DNA of 49,437 bases. Source: Octopus sinensis. Its lineage: Eukaryota. The position numbers were made by a program, and so were the translations under genes. Position 1 is the first letter of the stretch; each line of letters starts with the position of its first letter. This document shows positions 38,724 to 49,288 of this stretch, piece by piece. A model generated the notes under the pieces. That model did no database searches. It was given only the letters and a program-made list of their open reading frames with translations, and had not been told where the DNA came from. The DNA is taken from NCBI RefSeq assembly GCF_006345805.1, contig NW_021834863.1:1-49437 (forward strand). Reading direction: 5' to 3'.

Positions 38724-41700
38724 ATCCATTTAAAAATAGCAATCATTCACGCACTACACCACCCAAACACATCAAAATACTACACATCACACAAACACAA
38801 CACCACAAACTCAAAGCCCTCTTCCCAAATGCTGTAGGGGGTTTCCAAAATATCTGTCCCAAAAACTATATAAAAACCTCCTCGAAGACACACCAAAGAA
38901 CGAGGAAGCCAAAACTTTCTACACAGTAAGTAACTCTCTGTACTTTCATTGTGTGTTTTAAAGCACACACCCCAATAGAATCATGGTCAAGATTGTTGTG
39001 TGAATGCGCGTGGCTTGGGGTCTCCTTGGAAACAAGGATACCTCCTAAATGACATCAAGTCACATGATTTGGGAATCATAGCCATAAGTGAGACCAGACT
39101 CCACGAGCCACGGCCCTAAGTCCATGTTTGGCGGACAGTTTAACATTTATTTCGCTCCCTGTCTGCCGAGGATGGCGGTAGTGGCACCGCGGTACTTTTT
39201 CACAAGAGCCTGGATCTCGAAGTCAAGACGATATTCGTAGACCCGGAGGGTAGACTGATCGTTCTGGATGTTGACGGCAGCAATGGTGCGCTTTTTGACT
39301 CGTATCAGTCTACGCACCGCCCTTAACAGGTCGGGCGGATTTCTTTCGACGTCTAGAAGTATTCTTGGGAACGTCTCGTCCTTACTCTTAGTGGGGGATT
39401 GGAATGCTACCTTGGACACGCATGTAGACTACGTGGGTAGAGACAGAAACAGAAGGGGATGCAAATGCCTCAGAGACCTGCTCAGACGATTCCAACTGTC
39501 TGACAGTACAGACTCGACCACCCAATGCACCAACGTGGACATGGAGCAACCGCAGTGGGTCGTCGAGATCGTATCTAGATAGGATACTGTGTAGGACAGT
39601 AGACAAGGATAACTTAGGATGTCCACAATTCCACACAGTCAGCTACACGGATCACAAATTGGTGACGTGTACGCTAGACTTAGATAAGGCACATAGACAG
39701 GGTCCTGGGTACTGGAAACTGAACGCCTCATTCCCGTCCAGACAAGTTTTCAGAGACCGGATTAGCACACTAGTAAAGAGGGCTTTGACGGGAGCCATCA
39801 TCAACAACAACAAATGGTGGTTTGCCCTCAAGAGAGCAGTAAAAGCAGAAGCGATTAGGTACAGCAAAGCACTAGCCATAGATAGAAATAGAGTAGAGGG
39901 TGAGCTAGTTAAGAAGCTAGAAGGGGCAATTAGACGGCATCGCATCCGACGTTTTGGCGGCGAGGTTGGCCCTCGACCAACACTTCACGCCAAACACGAA
40001 GGATGTGCTGTCAGAGCTAGGATGCGTGCTCTCTAAGGAACGAAGGTGTTGGAGCCGCGAGAGAGGCCGGGTGGCAGAGGCGCAACAGGGCAACAAAGCC
40101 ACCATTCGGTCACTGGTAGATGAACAGGGGCGCGAATTGCTCGAGCCAAGTAAAATGTGTGAGGCCTTTCAGCAGCATTTTGCCCGACTGTTCGGGACGA
40201 GTGGAGGGCAAGAACGTAGGGTGACTTCAGTGCCTACCTACATAGCCTGCCACGACTCTCGACAAGAAAGGCAGGGTGCTGCGAAGGTGCCATCACGGCC
40301 GCGGAAGTGCAGGAAGCGATAGCAGAATGCTCGAGGGACAAATCACCGGGTTTGGATGGTCTACCCTACGAGTTTTACAATTGTATGCCAGACTTGTTTG
40401 GAGACGTCTTGGCAGCGGTATACTGCAACTGGCAGCAAAACGGGAGCATACCCGGTTTTGTGAGTCGAGGAGCTGTAACTCTGCTGAAGAAAGATCCAAA
40501 CAAGGGAAACATTATAGATAACTTTAGACCAATCACGCTGCTCAATGCAGACCTGAACATTTTGACAAAGGTGTTAGCCAAGAGGTTGGCGCTTGTCATC
40601 GAGAAATTGGTCGACAACGCACAAACGTGCGCCGTGCCGGGCCGGAGCATCCATGACAACCTCCATCTGATGCGCTACATCGTAGACAGGGTAGTTAACG
40701 AACCTGGCATGGGTGGGGCCCTGATCAACTTGGATCAATCGAAAGCCTTTGATAGGGTAGACCATCGATACTTGGAGGCAGTCCTGAGAGCGGCTGGTTC
40801 CGGTCCCGTCTTCCGCGGCTGGATAGCTGCCTTGTACAGAGGCATCCGTTCGGTAATTCGCGTAAATGGACATCTATCGAGACCTTTCGACATTGCACGT
40901 TCGGTCCGTCAGGGATGCCCCTCTCGGCGCTTCTATACGTATTGACTCTTGAGCCACTACTGCGGAAGCAGGCGACTCTAAGGGGCATCCCGCGAGAATT
41001 GGGATGCGGGACGAGCGTGTCTGCATACGCGGACGACGTCACCGTCATAGTGTCAAGCCACGAGCACATCGAGCGGGTCGGCGAGACACTGAAAGACTAC
41101 GAAGCGGTGACAGGAGCAAAAATCAACCGGGAAAAGTCAGTGGGCTTGCGGCTCGGCACCGGAGAAGCAAGCCCATGCCGTCCACCAGTACCTCCGTCGT
41201 GGGACGCTGGACAGACGGCCCGGTTGAGTTGCTCGGGGTCTGGTTCGGTCCGGACCTCCAAATGGAGAAGAACTGGAACGAGATAACGAGTAGGGTGGTC
41301 ACTCTCGCCCAGCAATGGGCCGAGAGGAAACTGTCCCTAAAAGGTCGGGCGGAGGTGTTGAACGCGTACATCGCGTCCATCATCTACTACCGCCTGCCGT
41401 CGTACCTTGTCCCGACCCTACCATCACCAAACTAGAACGCATCCTCTTCCGCTTCTTGTGGAAAGGATGCGTCCCGATGGTCAGGCGATCCATTTGCTGT
41501 CAACACCCGTTAAAAGGAGGGCTGGCATGCCGTGGTTGATGATGCGCAGACACGCGCTGAGACTGCGACATCTCCGGCTCTATGTAGACGACGGTGAACA
41601 GTGTGGTCGCCGTTTGTGAGGCACGCATTCCCGCAACTCGTCTCCATGACCGAACTACAGTCGAGGATCAAAAAGAGGCCGAGGAAGGGCGAATGGCACC

Positions 41701-42782
41701 GCGAGTGTCGCGTTGCTCTCAAGCAACTCTGCCGTCCCGGGTCGACCTTGAGTGACTTCAATACAACCAAGCATTCTATAGGGGATTAGTGGAGGGGAGG
41801 TACGACGACGAGCTCGGGGCAAACCTGGGCGTCGACGAGGAATACCTGACCCGCCTGTTTCAAACGACTTTCGGCCCGGGACCTATGGACACTTTCAGAG
41901 ATCCCTGGCCTGGCGGTGCTACCGAGAAGCGCTACCCGTTCGGGATAAGCTCTATAGGCATGGCTCGAGAACACGGGGCCGACCTGCCCGAGATGCGGCA
42001 GAGCGACGAAACCGCTCTGCACGCAATCGTGCAGTGTCCAGCAATTCCGACCTGTGGGCTTATGTCGAACGACTGCTGTCACGTGTGGGACGTGTCGGTT
42101 TATCAGCCGAGTCTATCGTTAATATCGTCACGCCTCCTTCTTTCAAACGGGAAGGAAGAGCTATTTTTATCATACTTGTGGCTATGGCGAAAGAATGTAT
42201 CTGGTGGACGCGCCTGAAAGGATTAGAGACAAACACTTTCCTCTCTGGTCAATCTCTCATCAACTTCTTCAAGTATCACTTGAAGAGGAAAGTGAGAGTA
42301 GAGAGGCAAGTTTGTCTAGTGAATGTTTTAAAAAAAGATGGGTGAATGTAGCAAGGATGGCACGTATGAATGACGAAGCCACCTTGACTATGATTCTATG
42401 AACCATAAAAATTAATACAGAGAGTTGCTTATTTGCAAAAAAAAAAAAAAAAAAAGAAATATAACATGTGACTTCATTGACCGAGGTTACCGTGGTCTTT
42501 TCCGTAGGCTTTTCTTTCCACGGGTAAACCTCACCTGTCCTCCCCTTTACACTTCATATTGACATTTCTGTGATAACGATCCCTATTATTCATTTTTTTT
42601 TCTCTCCCCTCCTTTTTTAACCCCTCCCCTTTCTTTGTCCTTTTTCTTTCCTTTTACGATCCCTTTTGATCGAAAACCACCACTCTCCCCTTTTTTTTTT
42701 TTTTTTTTTACCCACGAAAGAAAAGCTCTACCTTGTAATTTGTCCTATCTGTGTGCAGCCCTGTGTGGCTAATAAAGAAACA
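38724..42782 (+). mobile_element. 5'-truncated L1/Tx1-clade LINE: ORF1 tail, near-complete ORF2, 3' UTR
   Basis: ORF1 remnant ends at 38929; ORF2 runs 38983-42401; 3' UTR has AATAAA at 42771 and ends GAAACA directly before (TATC)n. Confidence 0.95.
38983..42401 (+). pseudogene. Tx1-type ORF2 (APE endonuclease, reverse transcriptase, CCHC finger) broken by many frameshifts in this assembly
   Basis: APE: N.RGL..ISETR, VGDWNATLD, SRSYLDRI, YTDHKLV; PGYWKLN. RT: KSPGLDGLPYEFY, NFRPITLLNADL.ILTKVLAKRL, DQSKAFDRVDH, VRQGCPLS, YADD (41026-41037). C-terminal finger: CPRC..DET.LHAIVQCP. Confidence 0.93.
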
Positions 42783-42904
42783 TATCTATCTATCTATCTA
42801 TCTGTCTGTCTATCTATCTATCTGTCAATCTGTCTATCAGTCAATCTGCCAATTTTTTAAAACCTCTCTATGAATATGATTTTCTATGTCTCTATCTACA
42901 TACA

Positions 42905-43455
42905 TGGTGGCTGCCCCCTCGTTATCGAGTATGGCCATTGCACGAAGCTTGATCAATATTGTTATCGTGCAATACCTGTGCAAGATTTTTTTTTAAAGTG
43001 AGGAAAGGCTGTGCACTGAGTCAATCCCAATCACTAAGCAACAGCAGCCATAGTCCGAAAAGAAGAACAAGTCAACATCATCGGTAACCACTGAGCCGCA
43101 GGTTTTATGTCGGAGTTATCCCAGTTACCTGAGTTACCTTCTCCTAGAAGGATGCCCTAAAAAGGCTTAGGAGTCCTTCACCCCAATGGTTTAACCGCGC
43201 GATCGGGTATTCAGTCCGATTATTTCTATGTCCCCGCGCATGATACAGCCTTAAGACATTTATTGGATGGCCGTTGACTCTCAAGAGTTCCTCCACCCTT
43301 TGACGGGTTTTGTTTTTCATCCCGCAGGGTGACCAATAAACACCCACCTCACCAAGCAAGCTTGGTGGGGTTGCCGGTTTAGTCGCCGACGACCGGACCA
43401 TGCAACAGGTTGTACTGGGTTACATGTTACCAGTAGCTCTCGAATGTGACCTGAC
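42905..43455 (-). mobile_element. GC-rich structured repeat resembling an RTE-clade LINE 5' UTR
   Basis: Minus strand carries gggcatccttctaggagaaggtaactc..aaacc, similar (from recall) to a motif in RTE 5' UTRs; several hairpins; no ORF2 follows. Confidence 0.45.
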
Positions 43456-43869
43456 ATACATACATACATATATACATGCTTACATCTACATCTGAAGGTA
43501 TTTGTCTTATATTTAAATGTTAGATATCATGTTTGTTTTCGTCGCCAATTGAGACATCAGTATCATTACAATATTTACTGAATTTGAGAGCGTTGCAGAC
43601 CCACAGTTTGCCACAATTACCTGTGAAGACGCAAGTTTATCACTTATATTTGTTAATTGGTTTAAACACCATTTAGTACCTTAGGCTGAGTCGACTATTT
43701 TTTCAGACATGTCTCTTGGATGAAGATAAGAGGCTATATTAAGTCATTGCTTTTTACAACCGCAACCAGTTTGTAATTGGTCCCCCCGAATACCACACAT
43801 GCCTCGCATACTTCCCAAAGGTCAAGCTGGCCAACCTATCTCCTCTAAGAGACAACAGCAACACAACAA

Positions 43870-44075
43870 CAACAACAACAACAACGACAACAGTGATTTA
43901 AATTTTTGGCTCAAGGTCAGCAATTTCACGGGAGTGGTTAAGTTAGCTACATCGACTCCAATGTTTAACTGGTACTTATTTTAACGACTACGTCGAAATT
44001 TGAAATCTCAGAAAGTGAGGACGGACGAAATGCCGCTAAGCATTTTGCTTGGCGTTATCCTTTCTGTCATAGCGA
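43870..44075 (-). mobile_element. Degenerate family C SINE with internal deletion
   Basis: catcgactccaa..ggtacttattttaacgac..gaaatttgaa..gacgaaatgccgctaagcattt. Confidence 0.75.
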
Positions 44076-44610
44076 CTGAAGAAGACTGATTTCAGTTACC
44101 AGAGGTGGGGAGAATGAATCTCTGAAGACTGCCACGGAATACAAAAAAAAAAAAAAGAAAACAGAAGCGAGAAAGAAGCATCTGGGGGAATGAATTGCGC
44201 TAAGTATTTTGCCCGGAATGCATACGATTCTGCCAGTTCACCGCCTTAGCACAACGAAAGTTTCTTGACTCCTCGTTCTCAACCCGATGGAAATTCCTGA
44301 CAAAATTTCAGGTTTAATGGTAGGAGGATTGGGACTACAGACAAATGCGCACCACAAGCTCCTTAACCATACAGTTCAAAGTAGAAGATTTACAGACAGG
44401 ATTGCAACAGGACCAGAAAACTAAATAAATAATTAATTAAGTAAGAAAGAAACAAATAAAGGCCTAGAGAAATCAAGTTCCTGAGGGACATACTGAAACA
44501 AAATCAACGCCAACAATAACAACAAAAGACATGATAATCAGAAGTTGCATAAAAACTTACAGTAAATATCTGTCCCTTACACTCTCTGTCTGTCCATTTC
44601 TGTCTCTCCA

Positions 44611-44641
<31 letters not shown>

Positions 44642-44714
44642 GCGCGTGCGTGAAAAAAAAATTCAACTATAAAAATAATTCAAGTACATGTCGGTGTATG
44701 TATTAATATAAAAA

Positions 44715-44885
44715 TGAATAAGGCGTGGCTGTGTGGTAAGAAGCTTACTTCCCAACCACATGGTTCCAGGTTCAGTCCCATTGCGTGGCACTCAGTGTCG
44801 TACTCATGAACACAACGGGGAATCGAACTTACTACTTCATGATTGTGAACCCCACGCTCTACCCACTGAGCCACGTGTCTTCATG
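44715..44885. mobile_element. Family A SINE head (+, 44715-44792) abutting a family B SINE head (-, 44795-44885)
   Basis: ggcgtggctgtgtggtaag..ggttcagtcccattgcgtggca, then the reverse complement of gtggctcagtgggtagagcg..gttcgattcccc. Confidence 0.8.
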
Positions 44886-44914
44886 CACTTACTTTAAGTT
44901 TGGTACTATTCCAT

Positions 44915-45205
44915 TTCTTTTTCCGAACCACTAAGTTACGGGGACAAAAAACAAACCAGCGTCGGTTGTCAAGCAGCTGAAAAGGGACAAACGCGAACGG
45001 AACATGCACTCTCACATACACACACATCCACAAACCAGACACACACAAGCACATCAGCTACCGCACAGTTTCCGTCTACAAAATTCACTCAGAAGATACT
45101 GGCCCGAAGGCTATATTCGAAGACACCCAAGGTATCACGCAGTGGGATTGAACTCGAAGCCACAAGGTTGTGGAGCGAATTTCTTATCCACACATTCATA
45201 CTGTG
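44915..45205 (-). mobile_element. Degenerate family A SINE
   Basis: ccgaaccactaagttacgggg..gtttccgtctacaaaattcactc..gcagtgggattgaactc. Confidence 0.8.
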
Positions 45206-45227
45206 TGGTTAATATTTAATTTCTCGA

Positions 45228-45862
45228 AGGCGGTGAGCTGGCAGAAACGTTAGCACGCCGGGCGAAATGTTTAGCGGTATTTCGTCTGCCGTTACGTTTT
45301 GAGTTCAAATTCCACCGAGGTCGACTTTGCCTTTCATCCTTTCGGGGTCGATAAATTAAGTACCTGTTACGCACTGGGGTCGATGTAATCGACATAATCC
45401 GTTTGTCTGTCCTTGTTTGTCCTCTCTGTGTTTAGCCCCTTGTGGGTAATAAAGAAATAGGTATTTCGTCTGTCTGTCCTTGTTTGTCCTCTCTGTGATT
45501 AGCCCCTTGTGGGTAGTAAAGAAATAGGTATTTCGTCTGCCGTTACTTTCTGAGTTCAAATTCCGCCAAGGTCGACTTTGCCTTTTATCCTTTCGGGGTC
45601 GAAAAATTAAGTACCAGTTACGCACTGGGTCGATGTAATCGACTTAATCCGTTCATCTGTCCTTGTTTTTCCTCTCTCTGTTTAGGCCCTTGTGGATAGT
45701 AAAGAAACAGGTATTTCATCTGCCGTTACGTTCTCAGTACAAATTCCGCCGAGGTCGACTTTACCTTTCATCCTTTCGGGGTTACGCACTTGGGTCGATC
45801 TAATCGACAGGCTCCTCCCCAGAAATTTCGGGCCTTGTGCCTAGAGTAGAAAAGAATATTTA
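45228..45862 (+). mobile_element. Family C SINE concatemer: one head plus four tandem units
   Basis: Units restart at ggtatttc(g/a)tctg at 45276, 45460, 45527 and 45710 (periods 184, 67, 183); the last unit ends with the alternative tail gccttgtgcctagagtagaaaag. Confidence 0.92.
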
Positions 45863-46039
45863 ATTTCTCGTGCAATTGTTGCTTGATATACTAACATTAT
45901 AGGGTGGGGACGTAACTGACCAGGCAATGATTAGTGACATCGAATCACGTTCAGTCAGGTATTATTTTTCTATATACACTATGAGATTATGAACCTCCGC
46001 GTCCACATTCTTCTTTTCTTTCCTCCCTTCTGAAATCCC

Positions 46040-46260
46040 TCCCCCCCCTCCCCCCTCCCCCTCCTCCTCCTCCTCCTCCTCCTTCTCCTTCTCCTTCTCT
46101 TCTTCTTCTTCTTCTTCTTCTTCATCTTCTTCTTCTTCTTCTTCTTCTTCTTCTTCTTCTTCTTCTTCTTCTTCTTCTTCTCTTCTCACGATCCTCACCA
46201 TCGCTGTCTTTGTCCTTATCTTTTTTCTTTGACGTCGTCTTCATCATCATCATCATCTTC
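46040..46260. repeat. (TCC)n/(TTC)n/(TCA)n polypyrimidine microsatellites
   Basis: Directly visible; source of the poly-E ORF. Confidence 0.95.
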
Positions 46261-46539
46261 TCCTCCTCTGTTCTGCTTTTTTCTTTCTTTCTACATTTTT
46301 TCCCCTTTGCTTTTTTCTCCTCTCTGCTTTTTTCTTTCTTTCTTTCCTGCTTTCCTTCCTTCTTTACATCTTTCTTTCTTTTCTTCTTTTTATCTTTCTA
46401 TCTGTTTTCTCCCTCTCATCTCCCTTTCCTTCTTTCTACCTCTGAGCAATTCAAATGAGACGAAGCACAAAATACCTTCCAAAGTTTTTCCTTTTTTTTT
46501 TATTTTCTTTCAATTTGTTTTCTTCTCTTTGTCACTTAC

Positions 46540-46720
46540 GGCGGCAACAGTAACGGTGACAACAACCACCAGCACAAGTGGCGGCGGCTTCGGCTGCTAT
46601 AGCGGTGGTCGGCAACAACGGCGGGAGAGGGAAGAGAGACGGAAGTAGACAGAGCAAAGCATTGTTGTAATTACAGTCATCAACCACCTAATTCCCCAAA
46701 CAACTCACTGGCTCTTCTTC
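46540..46720 (-). other. Candidate internal exon, mostly non-coding (5' UTR or lncRNA)
   Basis: Long T-rich tract then ctgccaag|G acceptor; GCC|GTAAGT donor; GC-rich 181 nt; every frame entered from the acceptor hits a stop within 14 codons. Confidence 0.45.
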
Positions 46721-46839
46721 CTTGGCAGAAAAACAAAAACACAAACAAAAACAATTAAAATGTGAAATAAAAATAAAGACACTAATATTATCATCATCAG
46801 CGACAAATGAGACAAACACATACACGCATATATATATAT

Positions 46840-46882
<43 letters not shown>

Positions 46883-47073
46883 TAATATATATATATATAT
46901 ATATACATACATTGCACATACATTCACGTGGAGGGCAAAATGTACGTCGTAGGATGAAATCAACCAAGAAACCGAAAATAGGGGATGAGTGATTTAGGGA
47001 GCAACAAAAAGCACCTCGAAACGCTTCCTTTACCCTTTCGGCACGTGTATCACCGATTACGAAGCACACTTAC

Positions 47074-47180
47074 GTCTATGGGAGTGACCAATGCAAACCG
47101 CAGGTTTCTTGTCTGACCCTAGGCGACACATTTCATCATATACTGGTTTTGATAGCTATGGTGATGGTGGTCATTTAGGC
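47074..47180 (-). other. Candidate upstream exon (5' boundary uncertain)
   Basis: Donor GAC|GTAAGT defines a 353-nt GT-AG intron (46721-47073) to the exon at 46540-46720; TATAAAA at 47204-47210 on the same strand. Confidence 0.35.
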
Positions 47181-47252
47181 CTTTACGCCGTTGGCACCCA
47201 ATGTTTTATACACACACAACACACACACACACATACACACACACACACACAC

Positions 47253-47284
<32 letters not shown>

Positions 47285-47892
47285 ACTATACGTTTATACT
47301 TTTGTTTTATTTAGATGATTCTTTTGTGAATTTCGTTATTTTATTTGTGTTGTGTTCCCGTTCGTTCATCGACAAAGCAAAATTTATAAAAAAGATGGTG
47401 GCTAAATTCTTCCTTTTTAACGGATATCGGTCTGATAACTGGTCGGTAACAGACATTCAAATTCATACGCTCGCACAAACGCATGTACGAAGGGCCCCCT
47501 CCCCCTACACACACACATGAACATAAACTCATACTGTATTTCATTTTCTCATTTTATTAAGTGTAATACATTTACATACACTCAAATGCTTACAAGCACG
47601 CTTACACATACACACACATGCGTTTATATGTATAATTTAAGCAACAAAGGATTTAAATGTGAGCTAATATAATTTCATGCTCTGATAGTACCGTAATCTA
47701 ACCAGGTTCTATGACGTGCTGTGTACTCTACGACAATCGTTCTAAGATATGGTAATATCTGAGCATGAAACTTATTGTAGCTCATCTTTAAATCCATAGT
47801 TTATTAAACGATACTTTTCTTTCAATGGATGGAATACTATCTTCGTTGATCCTATCGCTAACGGAGAGTCCATTATATATATATATATATAT

Positions 47893-48100
47893 AGGTAATC
47901 CAAACATGAAAACACAAAGAGAGAATACAACAACGCGAGGACGTGGAAAAAGTATAGTGTTATTGGACGCTCAGGAAAGGAAAGAAAGAAAGAGGAATTA
48001 ACGTTTCGAGCGGAGCTCTTCGTCAGAAACATAGGAAAAGGAAAGATCTAAGGAAATGAAGACGGAAGAAAATAAATCACCAACGATACACACGCGGTCA
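47893..48100 (-). mobile_element. Penelope-pLTR-like non-autonomous repeat carrying a hammerhead ribozyme
   Basis: Same family as 15399-15570; contains the intact hammerhead core listed below. Confidence 0.7.
47959..48033 (-). ncRNA. Minimal type I hammerhead ribozyme candidate
   Basis: CUGACGA (48020-48026), extra A, stem II GAGC-UCC-GCUC, GAAA, stem III ACGUU/AGCGU closing a pyrimidine loop, GUC cleavage triplet (47966-47968). Stem I (AUGUUU/CAAUA) is weak, with a C.U mismatch next to the site. Confidence 0.65.
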
Positions 48101-48399
48101 CATATATATATATACAAATAATTGCCTGAAGGGGAAAACTTCCCTGAAGAATTTATTATTTGTTGTTCTGTTTGCATTGTCAAACCTGTACCTACACACA
48201 CAAGTATAAAAATGTATGATCAATATATAAGAAGTAATAAGTAATACTTATTATATATTGATCATTCGTTTTTATACTTTTTGAGATCTAGTTATAAGTT
48301 ATATGTTTTATAAAAATATATTCTATTTGTTATTTATATTTGGTTTATGTCTATCACTGTTTGAGTTGCATAAAAGTGGTTTTATCTCTGATTTATATT

Positions 48400-48600
48400 G
48401 TATTATACGCCATGATAGACCGTTAGTTACTACACGCATTTTTTTCTCCTTGTTTTTTTTCTGTGTATCTTTCTGCCGAAGAGCGTAGGCTCGAAACGTA
48501 AAAGACTTTTTCTATTTCTTAGCGCTATACTAATACATTTGTTTGTTTGTACTCCACCTGCCTTCGTCTTTTGTTTATTTTCGTAAACTTTCCCTTAATA
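48400..48600 (+). mobile_element. Related pLTR-like repeat with degenerate hammerhead
   Basis: CTGCCGA-A-GAGC-GTAG-GCTC-GAAACGT..AGCGCT (48473-48526): same stem II, but A6 and U16.1 are mutated. Confidence 0.6.
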
Positions 48601-49002
48601 TATATATATATATATATATAGTCAGACATTATATATATATATAGTCAGACATGTTCTCCAGCCCCTAAACCGAAGTGCCAGACGAACCGGCCTCCAATAG
48701 GCGCTCCACAGTCACAAAACGCTTGTCACTTTCATACAGAAACTCATTCTTAAGCATAAACACGCAGCCGCGCCTGCACGCACACACCCGCATACACAAA
48801 CGTACATGCGCATACACGCATGCACAATATTTCTCCCTTTGATAAAACTACCCCCCCCCAAAAAAAAATGCGTTCATAAACACTTACGGGTGGATTCCCC
48901 GCTCTCTCTCTGTCCTGCCACCATGAATCTAAACATACAAACAACAGTTTATTTGTAATCTCTCTTTTTCTCCTTCTTTCGCTATCTATCTATCTATCTA
49001 TC

Positions 49003-49153
49003 TTTTTTTACCCCCCTTTTTTGTCCTCTTTCTTTCCTTTTACGATCCCTTTTGATCGAAAACCAAACCCCCTTTTTTTTACCCCCAAAAGAAAAGCTCT
49101 ACCTTGTAATTTGTCCTGTCTGTGTGCAGCCCTGTGTGGCTAATAAAGAAACA
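49003..49153 (+). mobile_element. Second copy of the Tx1 LINE (3' UTR tip only) between (TATC)n tracts
   Basis: Near-identical to about 42612-42782; 5' flank (TATC)5 at 48983-49002; same 3' junction GAAACA|TATC. Confidence 0.93.
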
Positions 49154-49179
49154 TATCTATCTATCTATTTTTCAGCATG

Positions 49180-49213
<34 letters not shown>

Positions 49214-49257
49214 CATCTATCTATCTATCTATCTATCTATATATATATATATATATA

Positions 49258-49288
<31 letters not shown>
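49154..49288. repeat. (TATC)n tract between two Tx1 copies
   Basis: Directly visible, with short interruptions. Confidence 0.95.

Noticed and set aside
44100-44128. Possible minus-strand micro-exon after a long T tract
   Set aside because: Two competing acceptors, a mediocre donor, and adjacent to SINE debris; no supporting evidence.
45228-45862. Regularly spaced repeats suggesting a CRISPR-like array
   Set aside because: The units are SINE copies with no unique spacers, in a eukaryotic context.
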